From: an uncultured Chloroflexia bacterium
GTDB taxonomy: Bacteria; Chloroflexota; Anaerolineae; JAAYZQ01
Assembly (NCBI GenBank): GCA_963700285.1
Contig: CAVOXA010000015.1
Span: forward strand, 160,001 to 224,000
Direction of reading: 5' to 3'
Length of the DNA stretch: 64,000 nucleotides
Shown here: positions 40,131 to 49,701 of the stretch, one piece after another
Layout of the letters: each line of letters opens with the position of its first letter
Position numbering within the stretch: position 1 is the stretch's first letter
Notes under the pieces: model-generated
Databases searched by the model: none
Seen by the model: the letters and a program-made list of their open reading frames with translations, nothing else
What the model was told of the DNA's origin: nothing
Program-made: the position numbers and the translations under genes

Positions 40131-40893
40131 CGTGGCCTTTCTCCTCGATCCGTGCCATCCGTGCCTCCAGATCGGCCAGCAGGGGCAATATCTCCTGCAA
40201 AGCCTTGACCAGGTCACGATTCAGGGCGACCTGACGCTCCAGCGTAGGGTCTAGGTAGGGCTCGCGGAGATGCGAGGTGAGATTGCGCCGTACCCAGGTG
40301 ATGAGCGGGCCCACCAGGGGGGCTTTGGAATGAACGCGGTAGTTGCGTAGCATCACATCGGACTGGCGCTCTGCCACGTTGAGCCGGGCGGTCAAAGCTG
40401 CGATCTGCGGTGTGTTGGACATGGTCGGCATCGCGGACTGTCTCTGTACGTCAGCCATGGTCATCTCCATCTTGGATTCGCCAGGTAGGAAACCCCGCCT
40501 ACTGCCTTCCGCAACCTCCGCCGGCGAAAGCAGGTCCCGCAGGGCTTTGTCCATCAAATCCAGCAATCCATCGTCGTTGGGTACCACATAGATTCTTTCC
40601 GGTTCGCAATCTTGCACCTCCGCCAAGGCAGCTTGGTCTGATGGGGTGCGTACCAGGCAGAGATCGGCGTAGGGCAACCAGTCAGCAGCTTCCAGATCTG
40701 GTCCATGACGGAGGTCTGCCACGACCAAGCCCCGGGTCAGGTGTTTGATGGCATTATGACCAGTACAAAAGACATACAGATCGGCGTCGAAAGGGATCTG
40801 ATCCGAGTGCGTAACGACATCGCCTCTTTGCCGGTATTGATCGATCAGGGATGTGGGATGCGCCGATGGAGGAGAGACAACGTGTATTCTCAC
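40123..40893 (-). CDS. Hypothetical protein: degenerate GT-like N-terminus plus shared C-terminal helical module
   Basis: Coupled ORF; PLVGPLITWVRR..YLDP..RQVALN plus coiled coil. Confidence 0.72.
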   Translation of the reverse strand: MRIHVVSPPSAHPTSLIDQYRQRGDVVTHSDQIPFDADLYVFCTGHNAIKHLTRGLVVADLRHGPDLEAADWLPYADLCLVRTPSDQAALAEVQDCEPERIYVVPNDDGLLDLMDKALRDLLSPAEVAEGSRRGFLPGESKMEMTMADVQRQSAMPTMSNTPQIAALTARLNVAERQSDVMLRNYRVHSKAPLVGPLITWVRRNLTSHLREPYLDPTLERQVALNRDLVKALQEILPLLADLEARMARIEEKGHDD

Positions 40894-42143
40894 AATCGCT
40901 CTTGCTCCTCCCGCTGCCGCCGGCGTAGAACGCGCAGGTAGATCCCTTCCACCCTGTCGGTGATGCGCTGCACGGTATAGCGACGCAGCACCTTTTCGCG
41001 GCCTCTGGTCCCCATCTTGCGCGCCAGGTCAGGATCGGCGATGAGTTGCGAGAGGCAGGCCGCCAGGTCGGCGGCGTCACCCGGCGCGGCCAACAATCCA
41101 TCCTGGCCATTAGCGATGACGGACGACACAGCCCGGGTCCGGGCCCCGATGACCGGTTTGCCCATGATCCACGCCTCCAGGAAGACGATGCCGAATGCCT
41201 CCCCAACTGAGGGCAATACCAGACAATCACAGGCACGCAGCGCGGCCAGCTTCTCTTTGTCCGAAATAGCGTCGCGGGTGTAAAGTCCAGCCAAGCCCTG
41301 GTACTGGGGCCAGAGATTCCGTGAGTAGTCGGTTTCCGGGCCGACGGCCAGAAACTGCACATCGTATTGCTGATCTCGGAGGCTGGCGAAGGCATCCAGC
41401 GCCACATCCAAGCCCTTGTAATCTGATTTTCTCCCGAGAAAGAGCATCACAAAGCCCTTGGCATCCAGACCCAATTCGCTGCGTGCCGCTGCTCTGTCAA
41501 GTTTGAGCCCGTTCTCGTAGGCTTCGGGACGTAAACCATTTCCACTCACACTGACACGCCCGGGATCCAAGCCCAGACCCATCAGCAGCTCTCGTTCGGC
41601 AGAGGTCACAGCGATGACATGATCTGATCCGAACAAGGCATCCCGCTGAAAACCGATGTTGTAGGTGTATTCCTGCTCAGCGTGGAGATGGGGTGTGATG
41701 ACGACAGGGACATCCAGCCACCTTGCTGCCCAGTAGCCATAGACCACGTGACTATAAACCAGGCAGCTCAGGTGAATGAGATCGTATTGTCGCCCCGTTT
41801 TCATCATGGCCCAAAACATACCCAGTGAGATGGGCCCACCGCCGACGAAAATAAAGGGCTCGTAGCGACGCGAACGGGTGCGCCAATAGTTGCGCTGACC
41901 GTAGTGCAGCATCTCCCATACCCAGTTCCTGCGCTGCATGGAGCGGTAGCGGTGAACTTGGACGCCGCTCAAACAGTCGGACGGCGGCAGCTGGTTCTTC
42001 CAGGTGTAAAAGTCAAGCGCTCGGCTGGTGAGGACGTCTACCTGGTGTCCGCGTTGGACAAGCTCTTCTGATAGATCAGCAATGTACTTTTCTGCCCCGC
42101 CAATGGCCGGCGGATAGCGCTGGGTGACGTGCAGCAAACGCAT
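40890..42143 (-). CDS. Glycosyltransferase family 4
   Basis: YPPAIGGAE, FLGRKSDYKG, EAFGIVFLEAW. Confidence 0.92.
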   Translation of the reverse strand: MRLLHVTQRYPPAIGGAEKYIADLSEELVQRGHQVDVLTSRALDFYTWKNQLPPSDCLSGVQVHRYRSMQRRNWVWEMLHYGQRNYWRTRSRRYEPFIFVGGGPISLGMFWAMMKTGRQYDLIHLSCLVYSHVVYGYWAARWLDVPVVITPHLHAEQEYTYNIGFQRDALFGSDHVIAVTSAERELLMGLGLDPGRVSVSGNGLRPEAYENGLKLDRAAARSELGLDAKGFVMLFLGRKSDYKGLDVALDAFASLRDQQYDVQFLAVGPETDYSRNLWPQYQGLAGLYTRDAISDKEKLAALRACDCLVLPSVGEAFGIVFLEAWIMGKPVIGARTRAVSSVIANGQDGLLAAPGDAADLAACLSQLIADPDLARKMGTRGREKVLRRYTVQRITDRVEGIYLRVLRRRQREEQERL

Positions 42144-42153
42144 GGCGCTCTGC

Positions 42154-43506
42154 CTACAGCCTGCTGTCGGCTGAGTCTGACCCACCAGCATCATCCCTGG
42201 CGGCCGACTCACCCTGAAGGAATGTCATCTCCTGGGCCAGTGTCTCTACTGCGTGGAGCAGGACGGCGTTGATTTGATTCTGCTGCTCGACGATAGGATC
42301 GATATACCAGCGCAACAAGCGGCGGGTAAGTTTCTGGAGGATGGCCGTAATCTTGGGCCCAAGGCCCGGTGGCCACTCGGGCCAGGCAATGGGCTGGTGC
42401 GGTTCAACACGCCCGTCCAACCTGTACAGGGTGAGGAATAGCCTATGGCTCTCGGTTGTTGTCGCCGCGCTACTATGGGTGGAAGGCGCACCCGGAGTGA
42501 ACCAGGCATCGAGGATCTCTTTGACTCTATCAGATGAAGGTGCGCCGGCCTCTGCGTACCAGGCGCGGCGGAGCTGGCTTAGCATCTCGGCAAGCAAGGT
42601 CTGTGACCTGGCTCGAGATCCCACACCCAGCCGGCTGCGCCATTCCGCCAGGTTGTCCACCTCACGCATTGTCTTCAAGTAAACCCAGCGCAGAACCTGT
42701 CGGTTCAGGGACGGCCCTGTGCGCAAGAAATCGAGTTCGGCTGGCAGGAACTCTTGAAGCAAGCGCTCGGCGGACCAATGCTTGCATACAAATCGTACCC
42801 GTCCCGCCTCCAGGCCCAAGATGCGGCTTATTTCCGTTGCCCGGCTGGTTGAGGACTCGTGGTGGATGGCCACAGCCTCCGGTGTCAGGACGACACGGTA
42901 TCCCGCGGCCCGGGCCCGGTAGCTCATGTCGGGATCTTCATAGTCGATAGGGAAGAATCTTTCGTCTTCGTAGCCAATCTGCTCCAGCACCTGGCGGGTG
43001 ATGGCCAGCGATGCCCCGGTGATAAAGTCCACATCGTCAGAGACGTCCCACTGGCCCTCGTCTGGTTCGTGCCAGCCGATATGGTAGGTGTAGCCCCGGG
43101 GAGCTTCAATGCGTCCTCCTGCGAACTGGATCGTGCCATCGGGGTAGAGAAGCTTGGCCCCCGCGATTCCGATGGTAGGGTCTGATTGCATCGTGCGAAC
43201 CAGATGCTCCATCCAGTCAGGATAGGGCTCAACGTCCGCGTTAATCAGCACACAGATGTCACCTTGAGCAGCTCGCAGACCTACATTATTGCCCCCCGCA
43301 ACCCCGAGGTTCTGTTCGGTGCGTATGAGTTGGACCTCGGCAAAATCCCGCTCGACGATCTCGGCCATCCGATCCGGCGAATGATTGTCCACGACGATGG
43401 TCTCGATGGCAGGATAGGTCTGCTTCTGCAGCGCCCGTAAACAGGTTTCGATGTAGGGCTCGCCGCCCCACCCCAGGATGATGACAGAAGCAAGGAGATC
43501 AGTCAC
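42154..43506 (-). CDS. Glycosyltransferase family 2 with C-terminal helical module
   Basis: VVDNHS, NLGVAGGNN, INAD, ITGASL, YEDPD. Confidence 0.92.
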   Translation of the reverse strand: MTDLLASVIILGWGGEPYIETCLRALQKQTYPAIETIVVDNHSPDRMAEIVERDFAEVQLIRTEQNLGVAGGNNVGLRAAQGDICVLINADVEPYPDWMEHLVRTMQSDPTIGIAGAKLLYPDGTIQFAGGRIEAPRGYTYHIGWHEPDEGQWDVSDDVDFITGASLAITRQVLEQIGYEDERFFPIDYEDPDMSYRARAAGYRVVLTPEAVAIHHESSTSRATEISRILGLEAGRVRFVCKHWSAERLLQEFLPAELDFLRTGPSLNRQVLRWVYLKTMREVDNLAEWRSRLGVGSRARSQTLLAEMLSQLRRAWYAEAGAPSSDRVKEILDAWFTPGAPSTHSSAATTTESHRLFLTLYRLDGRVEPHQPIAWPEWPPGLGPKITAILQKLTRRLLRWYIDPIVEQQNQINAVLLHAVETLAQEMTFLQGESAARDDAGGSDSADSRL

Positions 43507-44878
43507 TGGTGTCCTCCCGGCTGTCTATCCGCTCAGCGCGAGCCATGGCTTCGGCCAGAGTGGTGAGTTCCCGGACGTTCTCGGCAATATCCAGGGCCTG
43601 CCTCTGCAAGCGCTGCTCCATGGTCTGCTCCATGGTCTGCAGGTAGTTGACCAGTTGTGCATTGAATACGCTCTGCTGGTGGGCCATGGGACGCACGTAC
43701 CATTTGGTCGCTACGCTGTTCCACAGGCCCCGGAAGGCCACGATCAACCACCCCAAAACCGGTACCTGGGAGGTGAAAGGTTGTTCCTGAATCGTCTGGT
43801 GTTCCCATAGCCTGTGCAACTGGCGAGCTAGCGTGTCCTCTTCAGGTGTGGCACTACCTCCGGCAGCTATGTCAGGTGAGCCCATCCTGATCAATGACCC
43901 CTGGGCTGCTGCGCGCAGGTCGGTTAGCAACCCAACCAGCGCATCGGCCTCGTCGGAGGAGCTACCCCGAAAGGCCAGGATGTCGCGCAGCCCCACCAGG
44001 TTGTTGAGATACGCACGGCGGGCGGCCATTAGTTCTTCACAGCGGTCCATGGATGCCACCCAGTCCAGTTCTGCAGGGCCAAACTCGTTCGTCAGCTTGT
44101 CCAGGGTCCGGTGCTTGAACAGGAAGCGGAGACGTCCTTGGTTCAAAGCTTGCTTCCGTTCGTAGCTCAGAGCGTCGGTCGTGGTGGATTCGTGGTGCGT
44201 CACGACGGCCGCGGGCTGGTAGACAACCCGATAGCCAGCCATCCTCGCCCGGAAGCACCAGTCCACATCTTCGTAGTAAGCTGGATAGAACTCTTTGTCC
44301 AGGGAGCCGATCTTTGCCAGGGCTCCCCGGCTGATGGCCAGCGCTGCACCGGTGACAAACTCGACATCGGTAACTTTGCCCGATGGATCAGTTCCCTGTC
44401 CGAGTGCGTTCTCATCCCCGGCATGTCGAGCGATGTGACCCGTTTCGCCGCGTGGGCCGTACAGGTAGCCGCCAGCATGCTGTACCGTGCCGTCCGGGTA
44501 AAGGAGCTTGCAGCCTGCAATGCCGATGTTGGCATCAGAAAAGGTGGTAGCCAACGACGCTAGCCAGCCAGGATGAACCACAGTGTCCTGATTGAGAAGG
44601 ACTACAAAATCGATGCCGGTTTCTTGGGGCAACCCAGCTACAGCTTCCAGCGCCGCATTATTACCTGCAGCAAAGCCCAGGTTGCGATCATTGCGGAGAA
44701 GCTTCACCTCAGGATATTTGTCTGCCACCAACTCGGGTGAGCCATCCGTCGATCCGTTGTCCACGACCATTGCTCCAAAGTTGGCATAGTCCTGTGCCAG
44801 TACGGCATCCAGACAGGCTTCCAGGTACTCCCGGCCGTTCCAGGCCAGGATGATAACTGTCGCTCTTGCTGCGCTCAT
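43499..44878 (-). CDS. Glycosyltransferase family 2 with C-terminal helical module
   Basis: VVDNGSTDGS, NLGFAAGNN, LNQD, YYEDVDWC. Confidence 0.92.
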   Translation of the reverse strand: MSAARATVIILAWNGREYLEACLDAVLAQDYANFGAMVVDNGSTDGSPELVADKYPEVKLLRNDRNLGFAAGNNAALEAVAGLPQETGIDFVVLLNQDTVVHPGWLASLATTFSDANIGIAGCKLLYPDGTVQHAGGYLYGPRGETGHIARHAGDENALGQGTDPSGKVTDVEFVTGAALAISRGALAKIGSLDKEFYPAYYEDVDWCFRARMAGYRVVYQPAAVVTHHESTTTDALSYERKQALNQGRLRFLFKHRTLDKLTNEFGPAELDWVASMDRCEELMAARRAYLNNLVGLRDILAFRGSSSDEADALVGLLTDLRAAAQGSLIRMGSPDIAAGGSATPEEDTLARQLHRLWEHQTIQEQPFTSQVPVLGWLIVAFRGLWNSVATKWYVRPMAHQQSVFNAQLVNYLQTMEQTMEQRLQRQALDIAENVRELTTLAEAMARAERIDSREDTSD

Positions 44879-46308
44879 GACAGACCCACCCTTTTCCGCC
44901 ATAGCTCTGTCTGGCGCATCAGTCGCATCAAACGGCCTTGTTCATAACCATCTACCAGGGCCCGCAACCGGGCGATTTCTACATCGCGCTGTACTACTTT
45001 CTCCTGTAGTGTGGTTTGGGTGTCCTCTAGCTGTGCGCGGACATTGGACAGCCGATCTGCCGCACGATAGGGCTGGCGACAAAACTCGATCAAGGGTTGG
45101 GCTGCAAGCTCCCAGGTTCGTTCAGCCCGAGCCTGGGTGAACTGGTCTTGCCAGGCAGCCCGCGGCCGTTCTAACACGGCCTGGATGGCATCCGCAACGC
45201 CTGCGTCATCTCCATAGTCGACAACCGCTCCCAGCCCATGGGCCTCCACGACATCGCTGATGGCGTCGCCCCTTGTGACCACCATGGGCAGCCCGGACCA
45301 GATGTAATCCAGTACCCGGCTTCGAAAGGCCATCCGGGTTTCCGCGGTATCAGGGTGCAGGGAAAGCCCCACATCGGCTTCCAGAAGTACGGCGGGCCAG
45401 TCCTGGTAAGGTATCCAGTCGCCAAAAAAGACATGTTGGCCTGTGAGTCCCAGTTCGTCAGCCAGGGCCATGGTCTGCGCTCGAATTGGCATGTCGGGTA
45501 CGGCTGGATTGGGATGGCGCGTGCCGGGGAAAACGAGCCGGAGAGGTTGGCCTTTTGCTGCCAACCTGTGCGCAGCCCTGACAGCCGTCAGAGGGTCGAG
45601 CCACTGCCAGAGGCCACCACCCCAGACGACGATGGGATCCTCTGGGCCAATGCCCGGCCACATATCGCGCAATACAGCCCTCGATGCCTGGGGTGGCTCT
45701 TGCGGCAGGCCAAAGGGTACAACGTCGATCAGCCTGCGCAGGCTGGGGTCATCGGTATATGTGAGCGGGTTGACTCGCCCGTGCTGCTCGAGCATGCCCA
45801 TCCACCAGTCTCGCTGCCGCTCGCTTGCACAGATAAAGAAATCGCCAGCCTGGCACTGTCGTTGCAGGACTCTCAGCCGCTCATCGTGGCGGCTGGCTTG
45901 GACATCAATGGGCTCTCCAGCCCACAAGGCGAGGGTCTCTAGCGTGTGAGGATCATAGCCGTCAATCACCAGGGGCACTCCCAATGTTGCCATCTGCGGG
46001 AAATCGGCCAGCGTGTCGCCGCAAGCAACAATGACATCGACCTGGGTAGCCACAGGCAACAGTGATTCCCACCGGCTGCGCTGATAGGGCCACCAATCGA
46101 GGTTCCTGCCGGGTGCCGGGCTCCCGCCAGCCTCAATGGGCTCAGGTCCCTCGACTTGGCCCCTGTCAACCACGGCCGGCACAGCCAACGTCAATTGAGA
46201 GCTCCGGGCCAGGACCCGGGCCAGTTCAAAATACCGGATACCCGGCCCCGCCATGCGAGTATCTACCATCTCGTGGCTGATTACGAGTACACGTGATCCA
46301 CGCTTCAT
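44875..46308 (-). CDS. Glycosyltransferase family 4-like (paralogue of 46305..47705)
   Basis: MAGPGIRYFE, WGGGLWQWLDP, AFRSRVLDYIW. Confidence 0.88.
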   Translation of the reverse strand: MKRGSRVLVISHEMVDTRMAGPGIRYFELARVLARSSQLTLAVPAVVDRGQVEGPEPIEAGGSPAPGRNLDWWPYQRSRWESLLPVATQVDVIVACGDTLADFPQMATLGVPLVIDGYDPHTLETLALWAGEPIDVQASRHDERLRVLQRQCQAGDFFICASERQRDWWMGMLEQHGRVNPLTYTDDPSLRRLIDVVPFGLPQEPPQASRAVLRDMWPGIGPEDPIVVWGGGLWQWLDPLTAVRAAHRLAAKGQPLRLVFPGTRHPNPAVPDMPIRAQTMALADELGLTGQHVFFGDWIPYQDWPAVLLEADVGLSLHPDTAETRMAFRSRVLDYIWSGLPMVVTRGDAISDVVEAHGLGAVVDYGDDAGVADAIQAVLERPRAAWQDQFTQARAERTWELAAQPLIEFCRQPYRAADRLSNVRAQLEDTQTTLQEKVVQRDVEIARLRALVDGYEQGRLMRLMRQTELWRKRVGLS

Positions 46309-47705
46309 ACGCCCAGCTTCTCCCGCCAGCGGCCCAGTTTTTTCATAAGGCGGATAAAGTGCCCTTGTTCATAGCCGCGCACGAGCGCCGTCAATCGTTC
46401 TATCTCGGCCTGTTGCCGTGCCCTCTCACGCTGCTCCTGCGCTGAGAAGATCATGTGGCCGGGCCCTGCTGTTGCGGTCTGAAATGCTCCGCTGCCTGCT
46501 TCCCGGTCAGCGGCAAAGTGCGGTTGCTCGCAGAAGCGGGCAATTGGCTCACAGACCTTTTCCCACGTAAGACCTGGGCGCACCTGCTCGAACCGTTCAC
46601 GGTAGACTTCCCGAAGGTTCGGGGTTTCCAGCAAACGAGCGATGGCGGTGGCAATGGCCCGGTCGTCGCCGGGTGGCACAACTGTGCCCAGATTGTGGTT
46701 TGTGACCAGTTCACTGGTCGTGTCTCCCCCGGTGACAACCATCGGAAGTCCGGCCCAAATGTAATCCAGCATGCGCGTACGGAAGGCGAAATGAGTCTCC
46801 AACGTATCAAAGTGCATCGAGGCGCCAATGTCAGCTTCCAGCAGAAAGCTGGGCCACTGTTGGTAGGGGACCCAGTCGCCAAAGAACGTTACCTTGCCGG
46901 TCAGGCCCAGCCGGTCGCTCAGATCCAAGGTCTGCTTGAGCATGGGCATTTCGGCAATGATCGGGTTAGGATGGCGGGTTCCAGGGAATACCAAACGCAG
47001 GTTGGGGTGATCCACGGACACCCGTGCAACGGCGCGCACAAGACTGAGCGGATCGAGCCATTGCCACAGCCCTCCCCCCCACAACACGACCTGGTCTGGT
47101 GGGTTGATGCCCGGTATCACCCCCTTCATGACCGGCCCGGTGTGTTCAGGCTTGCATGACGGCATTCCGAAAGGGACAATGTCGATGAGTGGATGGAGAG
47201 TTCCGTCAACGCCATACGTATCAGGGTTTATGCGGCCAAGGACATTCAAAACTCCCAGCCAGTAATCTCTCTGGCGTTGGTTGGCGCAAAAGAAAAAATC
47301 TCCTGAGAGCCCTACCTGCCGCGTGATTTCCAGTTTGATACTGAAGCTGGCCATTTGATGTTCTGGGGGTTGATCCGAAAACTGGTGGAGTGTCTCAAAA
47401 CTATACGTATTGGCCGCTTCCAGGATCAGGGGTTTGCCACAGCTTGCCAACTTTGGGAAATCCTCAAACAGGTTGCCGTCAAATAAGAGCACTTCCGCCT
47501 GGGCGATGGCTGGTTCGATGGAGCTCCACTGTTTGCGACAATAGATGCAAGTGGCGAATCCCTCACCAGGCAGACTGTGGTCAGGCGTCGCCAGGGTCAC
47601 ATCCAGCCTGTTGGCCAGGGCTCGGGCCATTTCCCAGTAGCGCAGGCCAGACCCAGCCATGCAGTCATCTACGACGTCATTGCTGATGAGAAGCAGTCGG
47701 GTCAT
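46305..47705 (-). CDS. Glycosyltransferase family 4-like
   Basis: MAGSGLRYWE, WGGGLWQWLDP, AFRTRMLDYIW. Confidence 0.88.
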   Translation of the reverse strand: MTRLLLISNDVVDDCMAGSGLRYWEMARALANRLDVTLATPDHSLPGEGFATCIYCRKQWSSIEPAIAQAEVLLFDGNLFEDFPKLASCGKPLILEAANTYSFETLHQFSDQPPEHQMASFSIKLEITRQVGLSGDFFFCANQRQRDYWLGVLNVLGRINPDTYGVDGTLHPLIDIVPFGMPSCKPEHTGPVMKGVIPGINPPDQVVLWGGGLWQWLDPLSLVRAVARVSVDHPNLRLVFPGTRHPNPIIAEMPMLKQTLDLSDRLGLTGKVTFFGDWVPYQQWPSFLLEADIGASMHFDTLETHFAFRTRMLDYIWAGLPMVVTGGDTTSELVTNHNLGTVVPPGDDRAIATAIARLLETPNLREVYRERFEQVRPGLTWEKVCEPIARFCEQPHFAADREAGSGAFQTATAGPGHMIFSAQEQRERARQQAEIERLTALVRGYEQGHFIRLMKKLGRWREKLGV

Positions 47706-49009
47706 TGCCCAGGCTCACCTTCGCCGGTCTGGGATTTCCTCAGTGGGCGATTGGCCTGGGACTCGTCAAGGAAGCCTGTCGGACCCATACGCCAAGAGGA
47801 TGGTATGAGAAAGCTGCCGTATCTCTCTTGGATAGCACTGTTGGGGCGTACGCGAAAGGTGTATGCCTGGTGGTGATAGTCGTAGGGGTGGACACCGTCA
47901 TAGTCGTACAAACAAACGGAGGCTAGGTATGTTCCCTCCAGGAGGGGCAGGTTTTGGATGACATAGTCCATATAGCCTTCCCCTTCAATTGCTTCAAGCT
48001 CTACGCCAGAAAACACCGAGTTTGGCCCACTAATATGAAAACCGTTGGCGTGATAAAGAGCAAATCCAAACTGGGGCCTCTCAATGCGCTGTTTGGCGTC
48101 AAAGTGCATGCGGACAACGAATGGTTCATCCGTCTTGAATGATCTATGTGGCTGCCCCTGTCCGTCCAGGAGCTGGACGCGCACAATCTCCGCCTCTCGA
48201 CGCGACCCCCAGCGCCACGAAGAGTCGTCTTGCATCCCTTGTTCGGCATCTTGCAGACTGCTTCCATCGGCCGCCTGGATACGAGCGACGTACTGCTCGA
48301 GGACGTGGCCCACAGCGCCCTGAGCCTCTATACTACTACCATCCAGCCAGATTGCCCGGCTACAAAGATTGCGCACCATGTCCAGGTTATGAGTTACCAG
48401 GATGATGGTGGTACCCCGGCGTTTCATTTCGTTGATCTTGTCCAGGCAACGGAGTTGAAACGCCTGGTCGCCCACTGCCAGGACCTCATCCACCAGGAGG
48501 ATGTCGGGTTTTACGTGGATGGCGATGGAAAAACCAAGGCGCATATACATACCCGACGAATAGTGCTTGACAGGTACGTCGATGAAACGTTGCATCTCGG
48601 AGAACTCGAGGATGTCATCGAATATTGCGCTCGTCTCCGCCTTGCTGAATCCAAGGATCGAGCCGTTGAGATAGATGTTTTCCCGGCCAGTCAGATCTGG
48701 ATGAAAGCCGGCGCCCAGTTCCAGCAGAGCAGAAACCCTACCATTCACTGTGATCTGCCCAGACGAGGGCTCTATGATGCGGGAAATGAGTTTGAGGAGG
48801 GTGCTCTTGCCCGCACCGTTGGCGCCGATGATACCGAGCATCTCTCCGGATTCGACGTCAAAACTCACGTCCTGGAGCGCCCAGTATTTCTCCTTCGATG
48901 GATCTCGCCTGAGACGGATTACCTTCAGGAACAGTTCCTGGAAGGAACGCGGGCGTTCCAGATGCAGCGTGAACTGTTTGGATACTCTGTCAAACCGGAC
49001 GACGGTCAT
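47702..49009 (-). CDS. wzt: Wzt polysaccharide ABC exporter ATPase with C-terminal carbohydrate-binding domain
   Basis: GANGAGKS, LELGAGFHPDLTGREN, YSSGMYMRLGF, VDEVLAVGD; beta-rich C-terminus. Confidence 0.93.
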   Translation of the reverse strand: MTVVRFDRVSKQFTLHLERPRSFQELFLKVIRLRRDPSKEKYWALQDVSFDVESGEMLGIIGANGAGKSTLLKLISRIIEPSSGQITVNGRVSALLELGAGFHPDLTGRENIYLNGSILGFSKAETSAIFDDILEFSEMQRFIDVPVKHYSSGMYMRLGFSIAIHVKPDILLVDEVLAVGDQAFQLRCLDKINEMKRRGTTIILVTHNLDMVRNLCSRAIWLDGSSIEAQGAVGHVLEQYVARIQAADGSSLQDAEQGMQDDSSWRWGSRREAEIVRVQLLDGQGQPHRSFKTDEPFVVRMHFDAKQRIERPQFGFALYHANGFHISGPNSVFSGVELEAIEGEGYMDYVIQNLPLLEGTYLASVCLYDYDGVHPYDYHHQAYTFRVRPNSAIQERYGSFLIPSSWRMGPTGFLDESQANRPLRKSQTGEGEPGQ

Positions 49010-49701
49010 GTTCTCTCATCCTCCAAAATGGCCTGCGCAATATACCAGAGAAAGATGCCCAGAACAATGACATAGGTCACAGCTAGGCCGGCATAGAAGC
49101 CCTTGGTGCCCAGAAAATAGGGCCGGCCCTCTGCCATCCTTGCCAGCAACAAGTCAACCTTATCACGGGTGCGGAGGGAGTAGAAGGTGCGGAATTTGAG
49201 ATTGCCGCTCACTGCCTGGCCATTCAGGGTTGCGCTGGCCCCTTCCAAGCTGGAATCGGGGTCATAGTGGGCGGTGACTGCATCCCCCGGTGAGGACTGG
49301 GGCGATTCCAGAGAGAAGGTAAAAGTACGTCCGGCCGAGTCCACGATGGGCGGAAACTCGAGACCATACGGCACCTCCTTCTGTATGTCGCCGGTGCGAA
49401 ACTCGCCAACTGCCAGGGTGTTGGGTCCAGCGGGTTCAGCTTGCAGCCGAAGGGTGGTCGCCTGGGTGTTCTGCACCGAGGCCGGATCCAGCGTCACTTC
49501 GATGCGGTGCAGACCAGGAAACGGCGCAATGAACTGTTGGCCTACCTCTACGGAGCCAGCTATCTCCGGGGATCGGCTGTCCCCAGAGATGTTTCCCCAG
49601 GGGGGGACCGACAGGCGATCCAGAGCGGTTATCACAATGAGCGCCAGGACAATCAGCCACACCACGGTTGATCCCAGGAGAAAAAGACGGCGTCCTGTCA
49701 C
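49006..49701 (-). CDS. Membrane protein with two TM helices and an extracellular beta domain
   Basis: Hydrophobic helices at both ends; coupled to its neighbours. Confidence 0.75.
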   Translation of the reverse strand: MTGRRLFLLGSTVVWLIVLALIVITALDRLSVPPWGNISGDSRSPEIAGSVEVGQQFIAPFPGLHRIEVTLDPASVQNTQATTLRLQAEPAGPNTLAVGEFRTGDIQKEVPYGLEFPPIVDSAGRTFTFSLESPQSSPGDAVTAHYDPDSSLEGASATLNGQAVSGNLKFRTFYSLRTRDKVDLLLARMAEGRPYFLGTKGFYAGLAVTYVIVLGIFLWYIAQAILEDERT

